The position numbers were made by a program, and so were the translations under genes. The notes beneath the pieces were generated by a model. That model was not told the origin of the DNA. It did no database searches and saw only the letters and a program-made list of their open reading frames with translations. From Sedimentisphaerales bacterium (GTDB lineage Bacteria > Planctomycetota > Phycisphaerae > Sedimentisphaerales > Anaerobacaceae), in the NCBI GenBank assembly GCA_963708075.1, contig OY970194.1, positions 6,496,001 to 6,560,000 on the forward strand: a stretch of DNA of 64,000 nucleotides. The letters are read 5' to 3'. Shown in pieces: positions 41,933 to 53,058 of the stretch (within the stretch, counting starts at the first letter, position 1; each line of letters opens with the position of its first letter).

Positions 41933-42862
41933 ATGGCAAAGAAGATCACGATTGCAGTGATGGGAGTAGCACTGTTGACCACGGTCGGCCTGATTCTGGC
42001 CCAGGAGGGCCCACAGGGGCAGGGCGGCGGGCAGGGCAATGCCCCGCGCATGGGCCCCCAGGGCGGGCCGATGGGTCCGTGGCTTGACGATCTTGAGAAG
42101 GCGTATGAACAGAAGAACATGGACAAAATCGGAGAACTCATCAAACAGATGAGGGAGCGGCGCCGGCAGTTCCCGGGCCGGCCCGGGGAACCGGGCCTCG
42201 GCGGTCCGCCCGAGGGAATGCGGGGTCCCGGCGGCGGCCGGTTTGGCCCGGGGGGTGAGGCGTCGTCGCAGCTCCTCAAGCCGCCTGTGCCCAAAGGGGC
42301 TTCGGAGAAGGCGATTCTGGCTGTGCTCGACGAGATGAATGCCGGTCAGCGAAGGGGCATGATGAACGTGCCCCCGGAGGGCGGCCGGTTCCTGCGGCTG
42401 CTCGCCGAGGCGATAGGGGCGAAGAGCATCGTCGAGATCGGCACGTCGAATGGCTATTCAGGGATCTGGCAATGCCTGGCCCTCAAGGCCACCGGCGGCA
42501 AGCTCACCACTTTTGAGATCGATGCCCAGCGGGCCGCCCTGGCACGCGAGAACTTCAAGAAAGCCGGCGTCGCCGATATCGTCACCCTGGTCGAAGGAGA
42601 CGCGCACCAGAAGGTCACGCAGGTAGAAGGCCCCGTGGATATGGCCTTTGTCGATGCCGACAAGGAAGGCTATATCGATTACCTGAATAAGCTCCTGCCG
42701 AAGATGCGGCCGGGCGGACTGATCGTCGCGCACAACATCACGCCGGGCATGGCCGATGCAAGGTACCTCGAAGCCATCACGACCAACCCGGACATCGAGA
42801 CGCTCTTCTTTTCCGAAGGCGGCGGTATCAGCGTGTCCATGAAGAAACATGACCTGAAATAG
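41933..42862 (+). CDS. Exported class I O-methyltransferase (caffeoyl-CoA OMT-like) with Gly/Pro-rich N-terminus
   Basis: Signal peptide; IVEIGTSNGYSG, FVDADKEGY, PGGLIVAHN. Confidence 0.9.
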   Translation: MAKKITIAVMGVALLTTVGLILAQEGPQGQGGGQGNAPRMGPQGGPMGPWLDDLEKAYEQKNMDKIGELIKQMRERRRQFPGRPGEPGLGGPPEGMRGPGGGRFGPGGEASSQLLKPPVPKGASEKAILAVLDEMNAGQRRGMMNVPPEGGRFLRLLAEAIGAKSIVEIGTSNGYSGIWQCLALKATGGKLTTFEIDAQRAALARENFKKAGVADIVTLVEGDAHQKVTQVEGPVDMAFVDADKEGYIDYLNKLLPKMRPGGLIVAHNITPGMADARYLEAITTNPDIETLFFSEGGGISVSMKKHDLK

Positions 42863-43192
42863 ACGTGTCGCCCCCCATGGGCGAGCGAGTTGTACAAGCG
42901 GCTTCTTACACAAGGGGGTGTCGGTGGATCCTCCTCGATGGATGCGGCGTTAAGACCATCGGCACCCCCACGCATGCCACCCGGCAACGGAATGCGATTC
43001 AACAACACGCCGCCCTTGGCTGTGGAACGTCCGGAAAAATCTCGCTCCTTTTCACGGAAACTCCGTTACGTTTCCGTGGCGGTGGGGGACTAATTATGGA
43101 TGAAAAAGCCACGGGACCCGCAGGTGTCGAGGCTGACCCGGATGCCCTTCGCCCGGTAAGGCCATCGAAACAAGCCTGAGGGGACGTATGCC

Positions 43193-45371
43193 ATGGGGAG
43201 GTGTGTCATGAGAGCAAGAGCCTGTCTGAGTCTGTCGATTGGGATCGTTGTGTGCTGGGTGAGCCTTGCTGCCGGGGGCGATCTCTATGATGAAACCGCG
43301 ATCCCCGTCCTGCAGTTGAAATTCTCCCAGACCAACTGGTGGCAGCAGTTACAGACCAACTATCAGTCCAGGACGAATCTCCCCGCCACGCTGACGGCCG
43401 ATAGAGTCGTCTATGAGAGCGTGGGAGTCCGCTTTCGCGGCAATACGTCCTACCAGATGACCGGGACCTCCCAGAAGAAGTCCTTCAACATCGAGATCGA
43501 CCACGCGATCCCGGGCCAGAGCCTCATGGGCTACGAGACGCTCAACCTGATCAACTGCGCCGGCGACGCCACGTTCATGCGGGAGGTGCTCTACTCCAAC
43601 ACATGCCGGCAGCAGGTCCCCAGCGCCAAGGCGAATTTCGTCAGGCTTGAAATCAACGGTGAGAACTGGGGCATCTACGCCAACATACAGCAGCTCAACG
43701 GCGAGTTCATCCGGGAATGGTTCCTCAGCAACGACGGTACGCGCTGGCGTGCCCAAGGGGATATGGGAGGCGGGGGAGTCCCCGGCGGCCGCACCCCGCC
43801 CGGCGGCACTACGCCCGTGACTCCGGTCGGACCGGATGTGCCACCGCGTGCGACTGCTGGAGAGATCACGATCGCTGAGGCCCCCGGAGGCGGCGGGGGC
43901 GGTGTCACGAACGGCGTGGCGGCCCTCACCTGGCAGGGTACTGCTTCGACCGCCTACGAACGCGTCTATGAGTTGAAGAACAGCGGGCAGGCCGATCCCT
44001 GGGTCAGCCTGATCCACGTGTGCGACGTGCTGAACAACACACCGTTGGCCCAACTGCCGGACAAGCTGGAGCCCGTGCTCAACGTGGACCGTGCCTTGTG
44101 GGTCTGCGCATTCGAGATCGTCTTCCAGGATGACGACGGGTACGTGAACAAGCGCGGCAGCGATTACTGCCTGTATTACGAGCCTGAGAACCGGCAGGAC
44201 GCACCTGATGCAGTATGATGGAAATGAATCCATGAATATGACTGGGGCGGGGTGGTCCATCTTCTACCGGGCGGATGATCCGGTGGTGCCTGTCATGTAC
44301 CGCCTGATGGCTGTTCCTCAATATCGCCAGAGGTACCTTGCCCACGTCCGCACGATTCTGGATTCCTTTTTCACGGAAGAAGGCCTTTCCACGAAGATCG
44401 ATGCCTATCGAGCTCTCATCGAGAATGAGGTGAAGGCCGATACGAAGAAGCTGTACACCACGCAGGCGTTCACCAGCGGCATCGAGACACTGAAGAGTTT
44501 CGTTCGAACGCGGCGCAGCGCCATCCTGTCGAATCAGGAGGTGAACCGGCCGGTCCCCAAGATCCTCGCCGTCACTCAGGAGACCACCCAGCGTGAAGCC
44601 GGACAGACTATTACGGTGACAGCTCATCTCAGCAGCGCGGTGGCTGTCTCCGGCGTCCAATTGTTTGTCGCGCCGGGTCCCTTTGCCCTCTTTACGCCGA
44701 TGCCCATGACCGACGAGGGCCACCAGGGCGAAGGCGAGACAGCCGAGCACATCTTCAGTGTTACCCTGCCGGACTATCCCGCGGGCACGGTGCTGCGCTA
44801 CTACGTTCAGGCTATGACGGACGATGGGCTGGGGACTGTGGCATTTGATCCTCCCTGCGCGGAACATGAGGTCTATGCCTACGTGGTGACCTACCCGCAC
44901 GGGGCTTCCTCCGCGGTAGTTGTTAACGAGGTCATGGCGAGGAACCGGTCCGCCGTTGCCGACCCGCAGGGCGAGTACGATGACTGGATCGAGCTGAAGA
45001 ACATCAGCGACCAAGCTATCGACCTGTCCGGGATGTATCTGAGCGACAATCCGATCAACCCGCTCAAGTGGCAGTTCCCACAGGGGACTCAGCTCGGACC
45101 CGGCGGGTATCTGATCGTCTGGGCCGATGAAGACGGCGGGGATGAGCCGGGCCTGCACGCGAATTTCAAGCTGTCGTCGGACGGCGAGACGGTCTGGTTG
45201 TATGACACCCCCGCCAAGGGCTACGCGCTTCTGGACTCCGCGACATTCGAAGACCTCGCGGCGGATCGATCCTGCGCCCGATACCCCGACGGCACCGGTC
45301 CCATGCAGACAGCCTCCGCCCCTTCGCCCCTGGGCCCCAATGCAACCCCGGTGACGTCCAAAATCAAGTGA
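43193..45371 (+). CDS. CotH-family kinase with C-terminal lamin-tail domain (+1 frameshift at 44186-44192)
   Basis: VGVRFRGNTS, KKSFNI, NGENWGIY, DDDGY...DY.LY, QYDGNE; LTD VNEVMARN...DDWIEL. Removing one A joins YYEPE-TGRTHLMQYD. Confidence 0.88.
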
Positions 45372-45549
45372 TGGCAGAAGACAGACGTTAAACGATCATG
45401 CTTGAGTTTCCCATAGGACATCACCAAGCCCCGGGTGGCAGCGGCGATAATCTTTGCCACCATGCGTCGCACCTGTTCTTCCTTCATGATAGCATCTCCT
45501 TTCTGCATTCGCCGCCGCCCGCCTCCGTGTCATGGGGGCCGTGGCGAGC

Positions 45550-46248
45550 CTACAGATGGAAATCCCGTGCGCCTTCAGGCTGGTACACGAGCCCGTCGAT
45601 GCGGATGCGGTTGGCGATCAGATGTCCAACTCTTCGCCCAAGAATCGCCAGACCCATCGGTGTCAGGATCGAGACCTTCCTCGTCTCCTGATCCCCGTTG
45701 CGCGCTGCGTCTTTCGGGAACACCAGGGCTACGGTCATCTCGGCGTCGTGCTTGTCTCTCAGGCGGACCTTGGAGTTCATCGTCACCACGTTACCCGCCA
45801 CATCGTGAGGCGGAACCGTATCCGCCGTGTCCAGCAGTCGCTGGAGCCTGTCGAGGTAGCTATCCCGAACCGACCCTGATGCTTTGGCGTCAGCCAGCAC
45901 CTTACGCAGTCGCGTCGCGTCGAAGTCCGTCACCTGCGCCGTCTGACCGGAAATGCCGGCGCCGCGTTCGGAGTTCATTTGTCCCGCGCAGGCGTCCAGC
46001 TCGATGCGTCGCCTGTGGCAGAAATCCGTGATCCTTTCCGTCAGGAGTTTCCACTGGTAGGGGGACAGCCCCTCGATAAAGACCTGTCCGGGCGCACTGT
46101 AGAAGGCATCGTGCACCTCCTTCGTATGGCGCGCATGAAGACACTGGAATTTGTCCTCCCACCAGCATACGTGGTAGTATTTCTCTCGGTACAAAGGGGT
46201 CTCCGCAATTGCCTGCGCCACGATGTTCTGCACTTGTTTTTCGGTCAT
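45550..46248 (-). CDS. Rnk/GreA-GreB C-terminal domain protein with unknown N-terminal domain
   Basis: VVTMNSKVRL, LVFPKDA, KVSILTPMGLAILG, YQPE (Rnk-like). AAAGGAG RBS. Confidence 0.85.
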   Translation of the reverse strand: MTEKQVQNIVAQAIAETPLYREKYYHVCWWEDKFQCLHARHTKEVHDAFYSAPGQVFIEGLSPYQWKLLTERITDFCHRRRIELDACAGQMNSERGAGISGQTAQVTDFDATRLRKVLADAKASGSVRDSYLDRLQRLLDTADTVPPHDVAGNVVTMNSKVRLRDKHDAEMTVALVFPKDAARNGDQETRKVSILTPMGLAILGRRVGHLIANRIRIDGLVYQPEGARDFHL

Positions 46249-47065
46249 CGAATCATCTCCTTTGCGGACTGTGTGCCGCCATTGTCTGGTGATGCTTTCA
46301 TCGCGTGGACTTCCCTCGCGGGGAGAGGCCGCGATTTCATGCCCACGGTGAATTGCGTTTTCGTGTTTCGAAGAGCGTGATGTCGGCCGGCCGACACATC
46401 CTGGACAGAGTATGAACGCCATCAACCCGGCGCCCGGGTTACCTTTTGGATGGAAAGCTGGCCGATACGATCAGATGGAGCAGAGGGGAGGGTCGTTTCG
46501 GGCGCAGTGGGGGCGTTTGTTCCCACGAGAGCGCGTCAGGGACGCGGGCGCGCGAGAAGCACAGATACGCATGCTACCAGCGAAACCGACCGTGGCGAAC
46601 AAATTGTGATGGGTGGTAGCCATTGTTATCTTCATGCGTTTTGCCTGGATCGTTTACACAACCGACGCATTCACACGATTGCATCCCTCTTGTATACGTC
46701 TAATATAGCAGATGGTTTCCTTGCGTCAACCCCTTAGGGCGAGGAAATCCCTCATCGGGTGTGGTCGGCATCCGGTGGCGAATTGGGCCGCAATGTAGGG
46801 CAAGCGAGGGCGCTCGCCTCCTTGTCGTGCGTCTTCGCACGACGATCCGAGCCATGGCGAGTCTTCACAATGGGCGGGCGGGGACGCTCACCCTACAAAA
46901 GCCGTAGGTACCGCTACCGTATTCGGACCGCACCCCCTCATCAGGACGATGCTTGCATCCACATGACGCATTGACACTCCTTCCCACCGGTGGATACTAT
47001 AGAAGTTGGCGGCAGATTCAGTGTCCTGCAGAGGAACGGCATCTGATGGTCAAGGAGACGAGTAT

Positions 47066-47773
47066 ATGGGTGGACCGAAGGCGTGGCTGTTGTTGATGCT
47101 CTCCGCGTGTGCTGTCACCTCGACATATGGTGGCGCGCCGGCGGACCCGGACCCGAATCGGTTTGCCGGGGAGATCAAGGCGTTTGCGGAGTGGGACAGC
47201 AAGAACGCCGTGCCTGCGGAGCCCGTGCTGTTCGTCGGCAGCTCCAGCATCCGCATGTGGCGGACGCACGATTGTTTTCCCAGTCTGCCCGTCGTCAATC
47301 GCGGCTTTGGGGGCTCGCACATCTCGGATGTCCTCCACTTTGCAGATCGTCTTGTATTCCCCTATAGATCGCAGGTGATTGTCTTCTATGCCGGGGATAA
47401 CGATATTGCCGCGGGCAAATCCGCCGAGCGCGTCTTCGAGGACTACCGCAAGTTTGTGGGGATCGTTCGCGCGAAGCTGCCGGAGGCCCGCGTTGTGTTT
47501 CTTTCCATCAAGCCGAGCGAGTCCCGCTGGTCGTTGTGGCCCGAAATGAAGAAGGCCAACGAGCTTGTGCAGGACCTGTCCCGCAAGGATGACCGCCTGT
47601 TGTTTGCCGATCTGGCCACGCCTGTTTTGGGCGTCGACGGCAAGCCTCGCAGCGAGCTGTTCCTCGGGGATAAGCTGCATTTGAGCCCCGCCGGATACGC
47701 TGTCTGGACACAGGCTCTTGTGCCGGTGCTCCGGCAGGCCCTGGCCTTGCGTCGCGACACAAGTTCTCCCTGA
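47066..47773 (+). CDS. SGNH/GDSL hydrolase family protein
   Basis: FVGSSSI, NRGFGGS, YAGDND, DKLH; signal peptide; upstream TTGACA-18 bp-TACTAT. Confidence 0.92.
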   Translation: MGGPKAWLLLMLSACAVTSTYGGAPADPDPNRFAGEIKAFAEWDSKNAVPAEPVLFVGSSSIRMWRTHDCFPSLPVVNRGFGGSHISDVLHFADRLVFPYRSQVIVFYAGDNDIAAGKSAERVFEDYRKFVGIVRAKLPEARVVFLSIKPSESRWSLWPEMKKANELVQDLSRKDDRLLFADLATPVLGVDGKPRSELFLGDKLHLSPAGYAVWTQALVPVLRQALALRRDTSSP

Positions 47774-47998
47774 GACACGCCTGCTTGTTCGCCCGCCATA
47801 CAGACCTGAAGACACCGATCGTCCAGTAGGTCAGATAATATCCGCGTTTTCTGCGTATTTTTTTTCTCGCTTGCAGTTGGACGGAACATCCTCTATAATA
47901 AGCGCATCCTCTATAGTGTGGCGCCGACGCAAGGTCCGCCCGGTGCCGTTTCGGGATGCAAAGTAAGAAGCTTTCATAAGAGGAGAACGGAGAGCGTC

Positions 47999-48757
47999 AT
48001 GGCCCGCCATTCAAAAGCATTCACATTGATCGAACTTCTTGTGGTTATAGCTATCATCGCGCTGTTGATGTCCATTCTCATGCCCGCGATGTCCAAGGCG
48101 AAAGAGAGCGCCCGCGAGATCGTCTGCAAGTCTCACCTCAGCAGCGTAGGGCTGGGGATGATGATGTTTCTGCAGGACAACGACATGAAGGCGGCGGACA
48201 ACAGCAAGTCCAACGGGTTCTTCTGGTATGATGCGGCCCACAACATTCGGCCCGTGACGGACGGGGATGCCTACTGGGGGGTGGCGTACATCAGCTACAT
48301 CAAGGAACCGAAGGTTTTTGGCTGTCCCAGCTATCGGGCCGTGGCGGAACTGATTTATCCGGATGAGCCCAAGCTGATTTTCCAGGCGGCGTATTCTCTC
48401 AGTCAGTGGGTCTACTGGGACCTGGATACGAACAAGGAGCGAGGCACGCTCAGCAGGATCAAGAACCAGTCGGAGTTCATCGTTGCGCATGACCACGTCG
48501 AGCCCAAGATCGAGCAGGGCGCCAATGACATGTTCCACAATAACGGCGCCGGCACCATGAACCTGACCCACTATCGCCAGGGCGGCGGTCGTGCAAAATT
48601 CTACCGCGGCATCTTCCGCCACAATATTCGCTCGAACGAGGCCTTCGAGACGCAGGGACGGGCGAACATCCTCTGGCTGGATGCCCACGTCACCACGCTG
48701 CAAGAGACCACCGGCGATGATGTGCCGAAGTGGTGGTACAGCGGCAAGAAGCCCTAA
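47999..48757 (+). CDS. Prepilin-type N-terminal cleavage/methylation protein with H-X9-DG-like C-terminus (DUF1559-like)
   Basis: KAFTLIELLVVIAIIALLMSILMP, FGCPS, RH...ANILWLDAHV; upstream TTGCAG-17 bp-TATAAT. Confidence 0.92.
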   Translation: MARHSKAFTLIELLVVIAIIALLMSILMPAMSKAKESAREIVCKSHLSSVGLGMMMFLQDNDMKAADNSKSNGFFWYDAAHNIRPVTDGDAYWGVAYISYIKEPKVFGCPSYRAVAELIYPDEPKLIFQAAYSLSQWVYWDLDTNKERGTLSRIKNQSEFIVAHDHVEPKIEQGANDMFHNNGAGTMNLTHYRQGGGRAKFYRGIFRHNIRSNEAFETQGRANILWLDAHVTTLQETTGDDVPKWWYSGKKP

Positions 48758-48925
48758 CAGGCGCAAACGATTTCATCGAAGGCTCTGACAGCCGTCGGCG
48801 CCACCCCCGCAGGCAGCATCGCCGTCGGGCCCAAGAATATCGCAAATCAGTCGCAATCGCTCCAGCCATTTGTTATCCTCTGCAGACTGCTTGAAATTCA
48901 GGGATTGAATAGGCTTTTGGGGTCA

Positions 48926-50704
48926 ATGATGAGAGCAGTCTCACTGTCTTTACTGTTCGTTCTTTTGCTCTCGGTGAGTGCACCTGCCGCCCAGACGCCG
49001 GAACTGCGGGGCGTGTGGATGCATGCCACGGCGATCAAAACGAGTGCGGAGGCGGATGCCGCCGTTGCCAAAATTGAGCAAGCCCGCTTCAACGCCGTCT
49101 TTCTCCTCGTATGGTACTGGGGCGGCCAGGCCTTTTTCCGCAGCGACCTGGCCCCCATGGGCGACGGCGTCGAGCCCGGCTATGACCCCCTCGCGTACAT
49201 GATCGAGCGTTGCCACAAGCGAGGCATCCAGGTCCATGCGTGGTTCGTCAACGGCTCCCACGGGGCGTCCGAGCCCAGGAATATCCTCAGCCAGCATCCG
49301 GATTGGGCCGTCAGGGACGGCGCGGGCTGGACCACCTGGTATGATTTGGGCAAGCCGGAGGTCCGCCGCTTCCAGAGCGACCTGATGATCGAGTGCCTCA
49401 GCAGGTACAACGTCGACGGTATCCACTTCGACTACATCCGCTATGGCCCGCATCAGTGCTACTGTGATTACTGCCAGGGCGAGTTCGCCATGCGCTACGG
49501 CGGCATGCTGCTGACCGACGAGCAGCGTAAGACCTTTCCCACCGGTGCCGGAATCACCGCCAACCCGCTGACGAACCCGACCACGGCGACGGTCCTGGCC
49601 ACGCTATCCGACGGGACGCCCGCCATCGCACTGAACGCGCTCGGCAAAGGGGCCGTGCTGCTGCTCAACTGGCACGCCGAAAATGAGATGCCGCCGGCCG
49701 TCGCGGAGACCGTCAAGGTCATGCTCGATCTGTGGACCGTCGCCGGCACCTGGCCGGTCCACATCACCACGACGGAGGAGAACCGCAGCGAGTACGGGAT
49801 GGAATCGTTCGAGGCGGCCCGGGCGTCGCTCCGCCGGCTTGGCCACACGATCAAGGCGATCCCCATCGAGCAGGTCAAGTCTCTGCCGCCCGGCAGCACC
49901 CTCGTCCTGCCCGCCGTGTACGTCATTTCGCCCACAGTGGCGGGGGACCTGGAGCAGTACGTCAAGAGGGGCGGCATGATGCTCATGATCGACGGCCCCA
50001 CAAAGTCCATGCACCTCGGCCCGGTCCGGCACATCACCGGTTTCTCGCAGACGGGCAAGTACATCCATCGCGACGACGTCATCCAGTCCACCGGCCGCAG
50101 CCCGATCGTGCTCCGCGGCGCCCACCAGCTCGACGTGCTCCAGTGGAAGTACCGCATGCAGCGATGGGCCGAGTTTCGCAAGTCCGGCGTCACCGATCTC
50201 GTCCGCGACGTCTACCGCCGGGCCAAGAAACTCAAGCCCAAGGCCCAGGTGACCGCCGCCGTCATGAGTTCCTTCGAATCGGCCAACTCCGCCTACCAGG
50301 ACTGGCCCCGCTGGCTCCGCGACGGCACCATCGACTACGTGATCCCGATGGCCTACACGGAGGATATGATCGAGCTGCAGCAGCAGATCGCCAGTTGGAA
50401 GACCCTGGACCGCCAACTCCAGCGGATCATCCCCGGCCTGTCCATCTACCAGAAAACGGGCAGCCAGACCACCACGCGCAGGCTCGACCTCATCCGCGAC
50501 CAGCAGCGCCTCTGCCGCCAGCAGGGCGCCGACGGAAACATGTATTTCTCCCTCCAGTATCTGAGCGATCCCCTGATCACTCTCTTTCGCACGGAGTTGT
50601 ACCCGACCGCCGCCCCCGCCTACGCGCCGCCGAGCCGGAGTTCCTCGCCGCCACCGCGGCCGGAAGCCGCGAAATCCGAAACAAATCCGAAAACCAACAA
50701 CTAA
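48926..50704 (+). CDS. Glycosyl hydrolase-like 10 (GHL10/DUF187) family protein
   Basis: ELRGVW, YDPLAYMIERCHKRGIQVHAW, YNVDGIHFDYIRY, QDWPRW...DYVIPMAY. Confidence 0.9.
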   Translation: MMRAVSLSLLFVLLLSVSAPAAQTPELRGVWMHATAIKTSAEADAAVAKIEQARFNAVFLLVWYWGGQAFFRSDLAPMGDGVEPGYDPLAYMIERCHKRGIQVHAWFVNGSHGASEPRNILSQHPDWAVRDGAGWTTWYDLGKPEVRRFQSDLMIECLSRYNVDGIHFDYIRYGPHQCYCDYCQGEFAMRYGGMLLTDEQRKTFPTGAGITANPLTNPTTATVLATLSDGTPAIALNALGKGAVLLLNWHAENEMPPAVAETVKVMLDLWTVAGTWPVHITTTEENRSEYGMESFEAARASLRRLGHTIKAIPIEQVKSLPPGSTLVLPAVYVISPTVAGDLEQYVKRGGMMLMIDGPTKSMHLGPVRHITGFSQTGKYIHRDDVIQSTGRSPIVLRGAHQLDVLQWKYRMQRWAEFRKSGVTDLVRDVYRRAKKLKPKAQVTAAVMSSFESANSAYQDWPRWLRDGTIDYVIPMAYTEDMIELQQQIASWKTLDRQLQRIIPGLSIYQKTGSQTTTRRLDLIRDQQRLCRQQGADGNMYFSLQYLSDPLITLFRTELYPTAAPAYAPPSRSSSPPPRPEAAKSETNPKTNN

Positions 50705-51139
50705 GAACTCGCAAACAGAGGCACTTCCGTAGGGTGTGCATCGCACGCCGGATTCCCTGTCAGCAAAAGTAGGGTGGGACTTGCCCCACCGGTTCTCCCT
50801 GATGAAGCTGCGACAAATTACTTGGAGGCCTATATGGGCCGGACCGATGTGGTGAAGCCGAAATGAGCACGATAACTGCGGAAGTTCGAGGCCAAGAAGA
50901 ACGGGACGGAAAATGGGTGCGTCCTTGGTATTCCCGGGCAGAATCCCGCAGAGCGGTATCGAGAAACTCGGAGGAATACGTGTAAATACGTATTTTGGGG
51001 GGATGGCGATTTTCTCTCTCAAGTACGGCCAGTTGAGTGCCGATGATCGCGCCCATGAGACTGCCCAGTCTTGGGCATCCAGGAGGAAATCTGCGAGAGA
51101 TCTCTTGGATTCCCATGGCGAGCAAGAGGAGACAAGACC

Positions 51140-52411
51140 ATGGACATACCAGTCCAACTTGAGCAAACGAGGGATTCTAGCAGAAGTGAGGGAGAACCGG
51201 ACGCCGCCATGAGCTTTACGCGGGCGCGGCTGAAGATCAAGGATATTCTCAATCCGAATGTGGTAACCGCTTCTCCGGCGGAGACAGTCTTCTGTGCCGC
51301 CAGACGGATGTGCCACTGCCGGGTTTCCTGCGTCGTGGTGGTCGACAGTGGCAACATCGTCGGCCTTTTGACGCAGAAGGACCTGGTCCTGGGTATCGCG
51401 CAGGAGCAGGAGGCCTATGGCCAACTCCCTGTGGCGCAACGCATGTCGAGCCCCGTGCTGGTGGCCTCGCCGGATATGCCCGTGCTCGAGGCGGCCCAAA
51501 TCCTCAGGTCCAAGGGCATCAAACATTTGCCTATCGTAGCTGAAAGGAAGCTCGTCGGCATCGTGACCCAGACCGATATCACCCGCGGCTTGATCTATAT
51601 GACCCCGCTGCAACGCGTCTGTGAGGTGATGAGCCCGCACGTCACGACCATCGATGAGGGAATGACGGTCACGGAGGCGGCGCGGACCATGGCAGCGCAG
51701 AAGGTCTCCTGTGTCGTGGTGACCCGATTCGACGAACCCATGGGGATCCTCACCCAGAAAGACATCCTCATGCGCGTGATCCTGCTGCAACGGGATCCGA
51801 CCTGCACATCGGTGGGCGAGGTGATGTCCGCCCCAATACTGCCCATACCGCCGGACTACCCGGTCTTCGCGGCAAGCCGGGCGATGGACAAGATGCGCGT
51901 GCACCGGCTCGTCGTCACCGAGGCAGGGCACGTTCGCGGAATCGTGTCTCAGACCGACATCCTCCACGCCGTCGAGCGAAGGCTCGCCGAAGAGGAAAGA
52001 CACTGGCTGCTTCTGGTTTGTTCCGACGTCCCTATGTTCATGCTTGACGCCACAGGGGTTGTGACCTATGCCAACGTCGCGTTTCTGAGATTGTTCGACG
52101 CGCAATCACACGAAGAGCTGGTCGGACGCATATTGTCGCAAGAGCGTCTCTGGAGCGGTTCGGAAGACAGAGAACGCCTCTTGGCCATGCTTGAGAGGGG
52201 CCAGTCAGATCTGCTCGAACTCGTCGCGCGGACCGCCGCCGGCAGACCACGGCGTATCGTCGTGCTCCTGGCAGTCACAAAGGACACCGGCGGCGACATC
52301 ATTGGCTGGCAAGGCGTGGCGTGGCCTGTGGCGGGCGCCAGGACGCGCAAGAAAGCGCTCTGTCACAATTCCCGCGGGAACACTCCGGGCTACGTCACGC
52401 CGAACCTTTGA
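51140..52411 (+). CDS. Four-CBS-domain protein with C-terminal PAS domain
   Basis: Four G(L/I)(L/V)(T/S)QxD(L/I) CBS repeats; MLDATGVVTYANVAFLRLF...EELVGR PAS motif. GAGGAG RBS. Confidence 0.9.
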   Translation: MDIPVQLEQTRDSSRSEGEPDAAMSFTRARLKIKDILNPNVVTASPAETVFCAARRMCHCRVSCVVVVDSGNIVGLLTQKDLVLGIAQEQEAYGQLPVAQRMSSPVLVASPDMPVLEAAQILRSKGIKHLPIVAERKLVGIVTQTDITRGLIYMTPLQRVCEVMSPHVTTIDEGMTVTEAARTMAAQKVSCVVVTRFDEPMGILTQKDILMRVILLQRDPTCTSVGEVMSAPILPIPPDYPVFAASRAMDKMRVHRLVVTEAGHVRGIVSQTDILHAVERRLAEEERHWLLLVCSDVPMFMLDATGVVTYANVAFLRLFDAQSHEELVGRILSQERLWSGSEDRERLLAMLERGQSDLLELVARTAAGRPRRIVVLLAVTKDTGGDIIGWQGVAWPVAGARTRKKALCHNSRGNTPGYVTPNL

Positions 52412-52683
52412 CGGCGCACAACCGGCCGGCAGAGTCAGTCGGGCTCTGCGGCCGTAGTGCGATGCATCAAGGCACTTCCTACAGCCCGGACCGACCGAGG
52501 ATCCCGGCACCGGCTCATTGTGTGCATCCTGCGCGATCCCAGGGCAAGACGCCACGGAAACATGCAGGGGCCCGGCCCCATGCCGCTTTGTGATTCCGCC
52601 CTGGCGCCGCGGTGTCGCAGAACACCTGTGATTGGTCAGACGCGCGGGTGTCAGTGGCTGGGGTCTGCTCCTCAAGCCTTTTC

Positions 52684-53058
52684 TTATGTGAGCAGTTTCA
52701 CGGCGGCGTCCGGCCGGACGTTGGCCTGGGCGGCGAGGGCCCCGCTCGAGCCGGACCCGATTTCGCTCGCTACCCAGGACGCAAGGTCCTTGAGCAGGCC
52801 CGGTTTGAGGTCCTCCATGTTCAAGTCTACGGGCGCGTGCCTGAGGTACACTTCGAAGTTCCCGGCGGCTGGTCCCGTGACATCGATGAACCCGTTGCTG
52901 CCGACGACTTGCCTGACGGCCGTCCTGGCCTCATCCAATACGCCGCGACCCAGAGGATCTGGGAACTTGTGCTCAATGCCGGAAACCGGCGCTGATCCAT
53001 AGGATCCCCAGAGTGCGCGGACCATCCCTGTGCTCGTGGGACTTTCGGCCCTGGACAT
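52684..53058 (-). CDS. Hypothetical protein ending in a flagellin-like C-terminal motif
   Basis: GGAGG RBS; C-terminus GALAAQANVRPDAAVKLLT. Confidence 0.55.
   Translation of the reverse strand: MSRAESPTSTGMVRALWGSYGSAPVSGIEHKFPDPLGRGVLDEARTAVRQVVGSNGFIDVTGPAAGNFEVYLRHAPVDLNMEDLKPGLLKDLASWVASEIGSGSSGALAAQANVRPDAAVKLLT

Noticed and set aside
42920..42969. GGGGGTGTCGGTGG...CCATCGGCACCCCC as another MITE
   Set aside because: Inverted repeat present but short and without a target duplication; may be a terminator-like hairpin.
51191..51199. Other GAGAACC occurrences (e.g. ~15760, ~25505, ~49778, ~51192)
   Set aside because: They lie in frame within continuous ORFs, so they are genuine sequence.
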